Shown: piece by piece, positions 1 through 13,853 of the stretch
Layout: every line of letters starts with the position of its first letter
Numbering within the stretch: the first letter of the stretch is position 1
DNA from: Adineta vaga
Taxonomy: Eukaryota > Animalia > Rotifera
DNA: 64,000 bases
Assembly (NCBI GenBank): GCA_021613535.1
Contig: CP075496.1
Span: forward strand, 4,526,001-4,590,000
Direction of reading: 5' to 3'
Notes under the pieces: model-generated
The model's database searches: none
What the model saw: only the letters and a program-made list of their open reading frames with translations
Told to the model about the DNA's origin: nothing
Program-made: the position numbers and the translations under genes

Positions 1-3000
1 ATTGATTTGTCTTATAGTCGACGAGCATCACCCAAGTATCAGTATTAAACTCGTAGGAGATGCAATCAACTTGCGTGTGTGCCACCAGTCGTAAGGAAAT
101 GATAATCGAATAATCGATGACAAAACGCGCTAGAATATGTCAGTAGAGAAAGCAAAAAAAACCGAGTAGAATCAATGCTTCTTTAATGGTAACAGGAGAA
201 AGTAATAGTAGAAGAAACTGCATTATTCAGTCTGTCTGATTGCTTCGGCTCATTGACATCGTGGCTCGTTCTGGCTATTTGAGAGACTAGGAGCACATTT
301 TGAGTGTTTCTAAATGATTCGTTCAGAACTCTGATTTCTGGCAAAGCATACGTTATGAAAGAAGAAAAAAAAGTAGAAAATCATTAAGAAAAAAAACCTC
401 GAGTAATAATATATAATTATCAATATTTTATATAACTTCGAACGTACGTTAGAAAATGATACAAAGCTGGCGCGTTTGAAAGAAAAAAGAAATTGTTTAA
501 AAAAAAGCAAAATGCCTCATTTTCCTCCCTAAATATAAACTATCGATATTTGACTTGCCGTTATTCTCTTTCACAGAAATGAGTGATGTGTATGATGACA
601 TGTGAAAGAAGCTAGCGAGAAAGACGCACAGAAATGCACATCTGTAATGAGAAGACAACAACACAACGAATAAGAAGAAGAAAAACTCGACATCTGAGCC
701 GTCTTCATCTACAAAACAGCAGGTTGTCATTAATATGAGACACACTTAGTTAAAATGAAGATAACAAAAACAACAACAACAACGAATATTCACATCATTT
801 TATCATTGAAAATAAACTCCTAGATGACCAAGATCAATTATCCTCGAACATGTTTAATGATTACAAAAGCAAACTTTTGCTTTATCTGCTTTTTATCCTT
901 CTTAACATTCTGACATGATCTAAAATCGAATGATCCAATATGAATATTTTATCGATACGTCTACGTGCCAAGATTTTCTTTTTGCCTCGTGCAATATTAT
1001 TACTCGTAGAGCTGAGTAGTCGATCAGATATGCATCAATGAAATTATATGACTATCGTTGATGCAAAACGAACTCTCCTATGTTTTGTTTGTTAATAATT
1101 AAAATCACGTTCAGACAAGTAGCAATACATTCACACAAACACCCACATTGTTTTCTTTTGTATTGATATATCTATTGATTATGAAAATATTCCGATAAAA
1201 AATTCTATTCGATTGATAATAAGCAACTATTTTTCAATTAAGCACAATGTAAATATAAAACATTTGATTGTGATATTTTATTGTGATCATCATGATCTAT
1301 TATTATAACATTAATGTCTTCCTTGGATTCCTCTATTGTCTGAATAGGCAAGGTTAAAAATCGGAAATAACTTATGATAGATTATGGCTGTTGTTGTTAT
1401 TGTTTGATAATGCGTCGTTAATAAAGATATTCGTCGTTATTATATTGATGAAGGTAGATACGTTAGAATTCTCCTTTAGTAATGTTTGTTGTTGTTAAGT
1501 ATCATTTATCGAAAAGTCAACGGATATGTCATTGATATTAATAGTGATATTATCATTGTTACAATTGAGTACAGATGTATCGATTAACGAGAAAATTATG
1601 GAATAGAAATCGTTATTTAATGAAGAGTTGATAGCTATCTGCTATGCTTTATTGTTTCTTGTTTGCAATCATAACTATGCAAGAAAGCAAAGAAAATCTA
1701 GTATTTATTCATGAGAACAGTTTCTATTTTGTCTTTTGAAATAATGTTCTGTTAATTTTTACTCTTAGATTTGTTAATATGTGTATATATTAGTTATTAT
1801 CGACGAAATCACTGAGGGATTGAAATGAATAAATGTCTAACTATCAATCCCATATGGGATTAGTAAACAGGAAATGAATATTTTATAAGCAAAGATTATA
1901 TAATTATGTTCGAAAAAAGAAATTTATGGACGAGACTTGATTTATAATGATCAGGCGCTGCTAGAAAAGTTTGACAACTACTACGTAGTTGATATCTTGA
2001 GCGTGGGCAGGTTAGATATCAAATGACAACATATTATTGATTGTTTTTCTTATGCTTCAACCGATTTCAATGAGTTCCTCAAGAATGTACTTTTCTTTCG
2101 TTCTGGGAGAGAAACTCACTAATGGCAAAATGAAGAGGAAATTGTATTGATTGCTAAAGTGTTCTACTTTTCTTCGGAATAAAATCATTGCTTGAGATTT
2201 CTTTTGATATCACCAAGACTATTTAAGTTTTATTTGGTTGTGTCGATCGAGTCACTGTTGCTGCTATCAATTTACAATCCTTTGTCAAGAATACTTGACT
2301 TTGTTTTCCTGGTTTTAACTAGATAAAAGTTTTATATGGAATAGTCACTACATACATTTGTTTATAAGGCTTGTTAAATATCACTATGATCTATTGTTTA
2401 TCTATTACAGAATCGAAAATAAATTATTCTTTTCGAGTCTATGTCTATGAATGTTATACATGAGTTTCCTACATTTGAAACATTTTCATCTCTATAAAGA
2501 TAACTGAAATTTTCTTGATTTTTACAACATCAATACTATGATCGTTAATATAACAATTAGTATTTTATATTATTGATAAACGATCTCTGGTGGTAGATGT
2601 GAGTGTATATCCAACTTCTATTATATGCTCATTTAAACCCTCAAAAAAAACTGAGAATAATACCAAAAGAATATTCTTAACTATTACTGGCAAAACTCAA
2701 AGAAATTTTTATTTGTACAAGCAGATCAGTCATAATTAAACGAAATAAAATGTGAGCAATTGTTTCGTATAATAAAATATCTAGTTTATATAGTTTCGAT
2801 CCTTTTACAGATCAGAAATTGTTTTTTGCAATCTTACTTTCCGATATTATGTAATTTTGCTAATGATTCTTTTTGCTAATGAATTTTTTTCGTACAAATG
2901 ATACAGATGTGTATGTACATACTCAATTGATGAAGTTAATAATTGGACAGACGAATAAGAATAGCGACACTTGACAAACACTAATCGTACAGTCTTACAC

Positions 3001-3276
3001 TTTTTCGGGTCTTCGCGCCCTGTTTTTTTATCTTTTTTAAATTATCGAATAATTGCCTTCTACCACTTATTCCAGTGAGTGGATGATCTTGGATATGTAG
3101 CTTTTCTATTTCATGTTTTTATCAGAAATCACCTGACTAATATTCAAGGAAATATGTCTTTTTAGCAAATAAAATATTATTTATTTTCATTGACTTGCTA
3201 TTAAATGGGACTGATTAAAATTGTATTAACTATTATAAATGCAATATTTTTTTCTTCTTAATTCAGAATTTAAAAA

Positions 3277-3411
3277 ATGAATACAAATCGGAGATGCAGG
3301 CTTCAAGAATGTATCGATCATATTGGTATGAGCCAATTTCAATGGCGCTTTATTGTAATTCTTCGTTTTTGTTTAATGGCTGACGGGACAGAACTGCAAA
3401 CAGCTTCTTAG
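3277..3411 (+). pseudogene. Isolated N-terminal fragment of an SV2/SVOP-like MFS transporter
   Basis: Manual translation MNTNRRCRLQECIDHIGMSQFQWRFIVILRFCLMADGTELQTAS* resembles the SVOP/SV2 N-terminal pattern (IGFG-x-FQW...MAD-x-x-E). It ends at TAG or at a possible GTGAGA donor. No downstream transporter exons are recognisable. Confidence 0.5.
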
Positions 3412-5582
3412 TGAGAACGCTTATTGGAGTATTTATAACAGTTAGTCGGCAAAGGTCAGTAGATTTCTATGAATCAAAGATGTGAGGCAATAGAATAGTC
3501 TTTCTATGAAATACGAACATTTGGTCTGAAAAGGGTCCGTGAATTTCTTCTACGATAGCTCTCTATGTTTGAAAATTGAAAACCACATATTCCAATATAG
3601 ATTTGGTTAATTGTAAACGAGACATATACCATGAAAAGTCATTCATTAAGAATAATGTGTGAATTCTGTTTTTGGTATTATTAACTTGATGAAGATGAAT
3701 CTATCATAATCAACAGGAATAAATAGTGAACCGTTCGTATAGCTCTATTATGCAAACAACTATTATATGATTTCAACCACTATATTTGCTCTTTTTTCAT
3801 CCGTGTAGTCTTCCTCTAATCCTTGAATATTTACAAAAATCTGAGTGTATGGGTGTAGTTAAGTAGAAAAGGCTGTAGATGTTTTGAGAACGGTAGCTAC
3901 AATAAATGATCGATCATTACTAGAAGGCAAACTAATGGATGTCGGTACTGAAGTAAGTCATCATGAATGATTTTCAGAAGAGATATTTTGTAATACTTTC
4001 ATGTTGTCTTTGAACAAATAAGAAAGACTGATGTTATTGACTTGTGTGAGACACAGCATAGATGTGAAAGATTTGTAAATGATGTGTAGTTTAATGTTTT
4101 TCTATTGATCTATTTTGATAATATGTCTAATACGTGTGAGTTTTACAATGTATATGATTTAGTGAAACAGTTGTTTCATGTGGAATATAGAAAAAGTAAC
4201 ATTTCTTCTGGCATATATGTGGTTTAATCTATTTTTTGTCACTATCGTTTTATTTAACTAACTCCACAAAGTATGGTATGTTAGCAACAAATGATTATAC
4301 CTCTTTGATATTTATAAAATTTGGTGAAATACTTAGCTTTCCATTATAATTTTTTTCATTTCACGTTTCAATCGTCGAACAATAACCATTATGCAATATT
4401 CTTTTGTAACACTTTGTTTGACAATGTTTGTTCTTATATCTCAGTATGAACGGAAAAATATTTAATATCAACACATTGTTCATCTGAGCAACAAGAGAGT
4501 CAAGTAATTATTCTATACAATAACAAATGGAATCCGAATATCTCGTCCTTTTGAAAAATTAGTTACTTTTTCAGAAAATTCCTTATTTGATTTTAATGAA
4601 TATTGTGTTTACATACCACAAATAGTTTCTTATTTTTGTTGATATACATCGTCTAATGAATCTTATTTCATTTAGACGTAAAATGAACATTCAAACTTAT
4701 GAAGTCTTCTTCTAGACAAAAACTTATGTCTCTCACTATGCGAAGCAAGGAGTAGGATAATGTTGGAATGAAGAATATAGATTGTTCAAAAAGAAATGAA
4801 TGTGTTTAGCATTGTCTATACATCATCATATGATCTTTCAGCTGTGAAATATTTGTTGAATGAAAGTTGCGCCTAACATTTCTTCTGAACACCTTCATTT
4901 TAGTTATCTCAAAGGCTTGAATTGTCTTTTTCTGAGACATATTGTATGCGAACAGAGTGTCATGATTAGATGCGGATAACAAATGTTCTCAATTGAGTCT
5001 CGATATTTTCGTTTCGCGTTTGAATTATGTTTTTTTCCGATCTACCGTTTGTAAGATCATCGCATACAAAATGACGTAAAATGGCATAAAAACATGCGTA
5101 GATGAAGGCCTACATAAATGCTTATGCTTATCGTATCGCATTAATAACAATTTTTTTCATTAAAGTCAACTGTTAGGAATCAAATGAAATTTTTTCATCC
5201 TCTGTTCATTTTCTCCTTGGTTTCTTTGCATTTATTCAAACAGTTGCATAATATCAATCAAACATAAGATATTCAGATTCAATTCATAAACGAAACAATC
5301 ATTAGATGAAAGAATATTTCTTCTTTTCTTACTGCAAAACGACACAAGAAATATATAGTAAAATATACATACACACGCACATAACAAACAATATAAATTG
5401 ACGCACAAATGAAGATGCCTAATGCCTAGAGTTTTTACTTTTCACAAACAAATTGAATAAAGAAGAAACCGGTTGTTTGTTCTCTTTTTTGGTATAGTCA
5501 GAAGAAGAAAAAAAAGACGAAGAAGAAGAAGAAGAAGAGTAGAGTTCTTTACATTATGATACAAAATTAATTGTGAGTTTTA

Positions 5583-6348
<766 letters not shown>

Positions 6349-6891
6349 TGAATATTGAAGATATATATATATCTTTTTTTTGAGCAAAAAAGAAGAAAAA
6401 CCTGTGTGTATTTATAGAGAGAAGAAAAAAAATTCACCAATGAAGTATAGCAGTTGTACTGTAAAACACAAAGATGAAAACGAGTGTTCAGATTTAATCG
6501 AACCAATCAAAATAAAAGTGAATATTTTAGAAATATTTTCTAGAATAATTTTATCAAAAATCTTTAGAACTCGATGTAAAAACGTAATTAGATTAATTAA
6601 TTGATATATTACTCAATAGATGTCGTTGAAAGTTGGAAATCAAACTACAGTATATTATAGTTTGAATATAAACCAATAGAAAACTTCTATGATTCGTTCT
6701 ATTCATTTTTATACACTAAACTAGATGATGTAAGATTAAATAGATGGTTAGATCTACAAAAAATCATTCGTTAAGAATAATACTAAGAAGAAATTGGAAC
6801 TCATCCTTCCCTAAGATCCATAGAATTGCCGAAAATGTCAATACAAGTTAGAATGAGTACTAAATATCTATAAAATATTAATTTTTAGATC

Positions 6892-9800
6892 ATGGCTCTA
6901 CGAGTATTGTTATCGAATCGTATAATAATCCCTCAACGTGCATCATTGACACGTTTTTGTCGTTATTATACACCTTTAACTTTTGATCATCGTTCCTGCA
7001 TTACTCCATCCTCGGCAATCAATTCTTCTCTCTACTATCAACCATTGAAAACAAATTCTATATTATTATCAAAGAATTCTACACATTTTCAAACATTTCA
7101 ATTTGCTTCATTATCATCATCGTCATCGAATTCATCATCCTCATCCAACGGTAATACTCCATCATCTCCTTCGGATGGAAATTCATCATCATCATCATTT
7201 TCATCTTCAAACGATGGAAAAAGTCAAAATAATGATGATGATGGAGGACATGAACAAAACGATCATACAGTACCAGTTGTTATTCAATCAGGAAATCCAT
7301 TAATGCCTGTTGAAGTACCTGAAAATTATCCGATCGTTCCATTAATACCTGTTTCACGTCATCCATTATTTCCAAAATTTATCAAAATGCTTGAAATAAC
7401 AAATAAAGATCTAATGGATTTAATTAGACGAAAAGTAAAATTAAATCAACCTTATGCTGGAATATTTCTTCGTAAAGAAACACCATCACCAGCAACAACA
7501 GCTACTGAAAAATCATCCACAGCAGACCTGAAAACATCATCATCAACAGATTCGAAATCGTCAACAGAATCAACGAAAGAAAAAGAGAAAATTCCGAATA
7601 TGATAACATCTGATGTGATTAAAAATCTTGATGAAGTTTATAATATTGGTTCATTTGTACAAATTCATGAAGTACATGATATGGGTGATCGATTACGTAT
7701 GATTGTTATGGCTCATCGACGAATTAAAATCGTTGGTTTAGTATCCGATGAAGTAGTCATAGAAGATATCGATCGAAAACGTCCACCGCAAAAATCCAAT
7801 AATAATCGAAGACGACAACGACGAAAAGGTAAAATGCATTTAAATCGATGATTCATTTAGTCTATTTGCTCTATAGATGAACCAGTTATTGGAGAAGATC
7901 CAGTTCCTGAACCCACTCCATCAACACCGACGCCACCAGTATCACCGAATAATAATGAACCAATTGTTGTTAATAAAATTCTATTAGTCAATACAGAAAA
8001 TGTTACTCATAATGAATATACACAAACACCAGAATTAAAAGTATGATAATATCTAATGATAATCTTATGAGGAAATGTGTTCGATTAGTTCTTTCTCTGA
8101 AGTCTATCAAGAAATAGTATGATTCGAAATTTCATTGCATTTTAGGCATTAACTGCTGAATTAGTGAAAACTATTCGAGATATTGTTGCATTGAATCCAT
8201 TTTATAGGTGAAATAACACTGATAAAATATCATCTATAATATGAAAAAATGACATATTTTAGAGAATCAATAGCAGCACTTATACATAGTGGACAACGTG
8301 CTGATCATCCGGTTTATTTAAGTGATTTAGGTGCAGCTCTTACAAGTGCTGAAGGTGCTGAACAACAAGCTGTTATGGAAGAAATGAATGTATGATAAAA
8401 CGAATTTATCAGAGAACAAAAAAAACAACGCATTTCTATTTGATCTTTATAGATTCCAAATCGATTAATGTTGACATTGAATCTATTGAAAAAAGAATTA
8501 GAAATGAGTCGTCTTCAACAAAAAATTGGTAAGGAAGTCGAAGAAAAAGTCAATAAACAACATCGAAAATTTATGTTAATGGAACAATTACGTATCATCA
8601 AGAAAGAACTTGGTCTAGAAAAAGATGATAAAGAAGCAATGAATGATAAATTTCGTGCGAGATTGAAAGTAATTTTTATTAAATTTTTGTTTTTCGAAAT
8701 GTTTAGTTATTATTTCCATTTAGGAACTTGTTATACCACCACATGTAAAAATAGTCATTGATGAGGAATTAGAACGATTGAATGTTCTTGAAAAACATTC
8801 AGCTGAATTCAAGTTTGTTGATTTAATTCATTTATCTTTTGGGAAATAAAAGATGTTTAATTTCGTTTAGTATTTGTACGAATTATTTGGATTGGTTAAC
8901 AAGTCTTCCATGGGGAAAGATTAGTGAAGAAAAAACAGATCTTGATCACGCGCAAAAAGTACTCGATGAAGATCATTATGGAATGGAAGACATAAAAAAA
9001 CGAATTCTTGTATGACAATCATTTTCATAGCAAAAATCGAAAAACTATTTTTCGTTGGTATATTCACAGGAATTTATTGCCGTTAGTCATTTGAAAAAAT
9101 CAACACATGGAAAAATTCTTTGTTTCTATGGACCACCAGGTGTTGGAAAGGTAAAGAGATATGATTAAGTTTATACATACAAAACAATTCTCATTTTTAG
9201 ACTAGTGTTGCTAAATCTATCGCACGTGCATTGCAACGTGAAGTATGACATAGATATTTTGTTGGAATAGATTGTATCTCGTCCGATGTTTAGTATTTTC
9301 GATTTAGTGTTGGAGGTATGCATGATACAGCTGAAATTAAAGGACATCGTCGAACGTATGTTGGTGCAATGCCTGGCAAAATGATTCAATGTTTGAAAAA
9401 AACGAAAACAGAAAATCCATTAGTATTAATTGATGAAATTGATAAAATTGGTCGTGGTGGTTTTCATGGTGATCCATCTGCTGCACTTCTTGAAATGCTT
9501 GATCCAGAACAAAATGCTAATTTTCTTGATCATTATCTTGATGTGCCAATTGATCTCTCGAAAGTACAGTTTGAACTAAAATCAATATTTTGTTGTAAAA
9601 AATAAACTCTTTATTTCAGGTATTATTTATCTGCACAGCTAATGTGCTTGATACAATTCCCGATCCATTAAAAGATCGTATGGAAGTTATTGAAGTATCA
9701 GGATATGTTGCCGAAGAAAAATTAGCTATTGCAAAAGTAATTTTTTTGTTTGAAAATTTAGTTTTCTAATTAATAATTAATTCGATGGTTTTTCAGAATT

Positions 9801-10913
9801 ATCTGATCCCACAAGCTATCAAACAAACAGCTGTTAAAGAAAATAATATTGAAATAACAGATGCCGCTCTGATGAGATTGATCAAAGCATATTGCCGTGA
9901 AAGTGGTGTTCGTAATTTACAAAAACATATTGAAAAAGTAATTGAGTTATTATTCAAGTAATAGTAAACAAGTTTTTATTATATTGTTTAGATCTTTCGA
10001 AAAGTAGCTTTTAAAATTGTGAAAGAAGGTGATAGTAAAATCGTCGTAGATGAAGGAAATCTTCAAGAATTCGTTGGTAAACCAATATATACATCTGATC
10101 GAATGTATGAATTAACACCACCTGGTGTTTCTATGGGTCTAGCTTGGACAGCGAATGGTATGTATAAACCATTTCAATCAAATAGAATATTTCGATATAT
10201 TTTTTTTTATTCTACAGGTGGTAGTGTTCTCTTCATTGAATCAAGTCTTATTAATCCTGTAGAGGCATTCGATACATTAAATACTTCATCAAAAGATGAT
10301 AAGAGTAGTGCTTTAACTGGTAGTTTAACATTAACAGGTAAATTAGGTGATGTTATGAAAGAAAGTTGTAAAATTGCGTTAACTTATGCAAAATCATATT
10401 TACAACAAATTGATCCAAAAAATCGAGCATTGCGTGTCGGTCATATACATATTCATGTACCTGAAGTGAGTAGGAAAATAGTTTTTCTTTCCTTTTTTTT
10501 TTTAAATATGCCACAAAAAAATATGTGCTTTTTCCTTTAAGGGTGCAACACCAAAAGATGGTCCATCAGCTGGTTGTACTATCGTAACTGCACTTCTGTC
10601 ACTTGCTTTGAATAAACCAATTAAACAGAATGTTGCAATGACTGGTGAAGTATCATTAACTGGTCGAGTTTTACCCGTTGGTGGAATAAAAGAAAAAGTG
10701 ATTGCTGTAAGTTAAATACTATCATTTACAAGCTTCTGTTAGTATTTTATTTTATAATTTTCTTAGGCAAAACGAGCGAATGTTCATACAGTTATTTTAC
10801 CACATGAGAATCAAAAAGATTATAATGATTTACAAGATTTTATTAAAGATGGTCTAACTGTGCATTTTTCTAAAACATATGATGATGTTTACAAAATTAT
10901 ATTTGAAGATTAA
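6892..10913 (+). CDS. LONP1: Mitochondrial Lon protease, multi-exon
   Basis: Arg/Ser-rich presequence; Lon N-domain (PLFPKFIK); Walker A GPPGVGK/TS; [17 protein letters not shown]; Walker B LIDEIDK; catalytic PKDGPSAG and GGIKEK motifs; stop TAA at 10911-10913. Confidence 0.96.
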
Positions 10914-11140
10914 TAAATTTATGCTTTCCACGCTCAGGAATAGAAACTATTGAATTTCCTCATATGATCTTTGTTATCCCTGTTTTTTGTTTCATTCTAA
11001 ATATACATGTAGTTTGCATTTTTTTTGTTAATAAACAAGAAAAGAAAATATTGATACAATAATTTATCAATACATCAACTACTCGGATCGTCAAACCACA
11101 CCTTCTCACAGTAGAGTGTTTTAATATTTTCTTCCTTCAT

Positions 11141-11148
11141 TGACGTCA
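11141..11148. promoter_or_regulatory. Palindromic CRE (TGACGTCA) about 490 bp upstream of GDH copy 1
   Basis: Exact 8-bp CREB/ATF consensus in the Lon-GDH intergenic region. Function untested. Confidence 0.3.
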
Positions 11149-11514
11149 TGCCAGGTTGTTTTTTCTTCTTCTTCTTCTTTTCCAACGTTATGATTTCAAT
11201 GGAACGACTGAAAGAACGGAAGAAAAGAAATGACACCAAAGACTTGTTTCTACAGAAATAAAACGAGATGTATAAGGCAAGCAAGGCCGTTCGCTCGTTT
11301 TTCTTTATTTTTCTTCACGACAAAAAAGAAAGATGATTGTCTGGCATTATTTGTTAACAATATTTTTGCGTGCACTCTCTCTCATTTCTTTTACTGTACA
11401 ATTCAAGAGAAAAAAACATCAAAATATATTCAGAGAAATATTTTTTCTCTTTTACCACACTTGCCTACTGAATCCTAGCAAATGCAATGAAGTAAGCGAA
11501 AGATGAAACAGGGA

Positions 11515-11538
11515 AAGAGAGAGAGAGAGAGAGAGAGA
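11515..11538. repeat. (GA)n microsatellite
   Basis: agagagagagagagagagagaga run upstream of GDH1. Confidence 0.85.
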
Positions 11539-11633
11539 ATGCAAACTAAAAGAACGGTGCACCTTTCTCTTGCAAATCATAAGAGTATTTGACTTGGATA
11601 TGAAAGTTTATTTTCTCACTTTTTCTTGTAGAA

Positions 11634-13658
11634 ATGTCGATTTTATCGCGAGTCGTATACAATCAGGGCACATCATTAAAATTAAATGCAGGAATTAATC
11701 ATGTGCAACGTTTTGTACGTAGTTTACAATCTACGGCAACAGATTCAACGCCACAAACGATGAATTTAGATAGTGAAAGTCAACAAGAAGATCCAGGGTA
11801 TTGATTTTAGATTTCAACTGCTGTTTTGTTGTTTGAAAAGATTCTATTTTTGATAGATCGGGCTTTTATACTATGGTAGAAAGATTCTATGATCGTGCTG
11901 CAAAGCTTCTTGAAGAGAAACTAGTTGATGACATGACCAAAACAAAACTAACTGAAGAACAAAAGCGTATTAAAGTACGTGGAATATTAAACATAATGAA
12001 ACCACCTAATTATGTATTAGCAATCACATTTCCTGTTCGACGTGACAATGGTGAATGGGAATTAATTGAAGCTTGGCGCGCTCAACATTCATTACACCGC
12101 ACACCATGTAAGGGTGGTATTCGATATTCTAATGATGTTAATCTAGATGAAGTCAAAGCATTAGCCGCACTTATGACCTACAAGTGTGCTTGTGTTAATG
12201 TTCCTTTTGGTGGTGGAAAAGCTGGTGTCAAAATCAATCCAAAAGAGTGGTCCGAACCTGAATTGGAACGTATTACACGACGATTGACGGTTGAATTGGC
12301 GAAAAAAGGTTTTATTGGACCTGGTATTGATGTTCCTGCACCTGATATGGGAACTGGTGAACGTGAAATGGCTTGGATTGCTGATACCTATTCATCGACA
12401 GTTGGTTGGGAAAATATCAATGCAAATGCATGTATTACGGGTAAACCCATTTTACAAGGTGGTATTCATGGTCGAACATCAGCGACTGGTCGTGGTTTAT
12501 ATCATGGTGTGAATAATTTCATCAATGAAAAGTATTATATGGATAAAGTTGGTTTAACTCCTGGTCTCGCAGGAAAAACTTTTATCGTTCAAGTATGAGA
12601 AGTTTGAAAAAGAGAAACAAGCTTTTTATTTCTTTATGTTTCGAAAGGGTTTTGGTAATGTCGGTCTTCATTCATCACGTTATTTGACTCGTCATGGTGC
12701 AAAATGTATCGGTGTGCTTGAATGGGATGCAGCTGTTATTAATCAAGATGGAATTGATCCTAAAGCACTTGAAGAATATAAATTTGAAAATGGTACAATT
12801 AAAGGTTTTCCAGGAGCGAAAGCATATGAAAACTCCGATAAACTTGAATTACTTTGTGAACCATGTGATATTCTTGTACCAGCTGCAAGTGAACAACAAA
12901 TCACATCAAGAAATGCTGGCCGTATTAAAGCTAAAGTGAGATTCAATATTTTCATCTCTCTTTCATCTTCATGATGATTGTTTAGATCATTGCTGAAGGT
13001 GCCAATGGACCAACAACACCATCTGCAGATCGAATTCTTCTTCAAAAGAATGTTTTAGTTATTCCAGATATGTATGTGGTATGTATTTTTGATTGTTCAA
13101 ATTAAGTGAGAAATCGCATTTCACTAATTACTTCGTTTTTCTAAAGAATGCTGGTGGTGTGACAGTATCTTATTTTGAATGGCTTAAAAATCTCAATCAT
13201 ACTTCCTATGGTCGATTAACTTTTAAATATCAACGAGATACAAATTATTCACTTCTTGGTAGGATTAATTTTCTCTGGAATTGCTTCTTTTTATTCAACT
13301 ATTGTTTTTTGAATATTTTTAGAAAGTGTTCAAAGTTCATTAGAAATGAAATTCGGTCGTATGGGTGGTAAAATTCCTATTGTAAGTTATAACACTATTG
13401 TTAACATCTGAAATTAGGTTTTATCTTATTTCCTGATAGATTCCTAGTGATAAATTTTATAAACGTATGGCTGGTGCCTCAGAAAAAGATATTGTCCATT
13501 CAGGTCTTGAACAAACTATGGAAAAATCAGCACGAGCTATTATGGAAACAGCTCAAAAATTCAATTTAGGTTTAGATATACGTACTGCTGCATATGTAAC
13601 TGCATTAGAAAAAATTTACAATACCTATTCAGCTGCCGGTATGACTTTCGGAGTTTAA
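11634..13658 (+). CDS. GDH: Mitochondrial glutamate dehydrogenase, copy 1 (7 exons)
   Basis: [86 protein letters not shown]; animal-type C-terminus [12 protein letters not shown]. Confidence 0.96.
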
Positions 13659-13853
13659 TAATGAACAAATATTATCGATAATAAGATATTGTCATTGATT
13701 CATATGTCGAAGTTTTGTTTTATGAAAATAATCATAATAAAACATCAATCGTTTGTTTGTTGTAAAACAATTTAGTTTTCCAAATTTATTTCAATAAGAT
13801 CAACCCATAGTTGAATGATTGTACTTTTAGATTAAAATCAAACAAAGGAAAAT

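Noticed and set aside
310-745. Two short minus-strand ORFs
   Set aside because: Phe/Leu-rich translations of A-rich non-coding DNA with no motif or splice support.
7103-7303. His-rich 66-aa ORF
   Set aside because: Alternate frame of the TCA-repeat Ser-rich Lon N-terminus.
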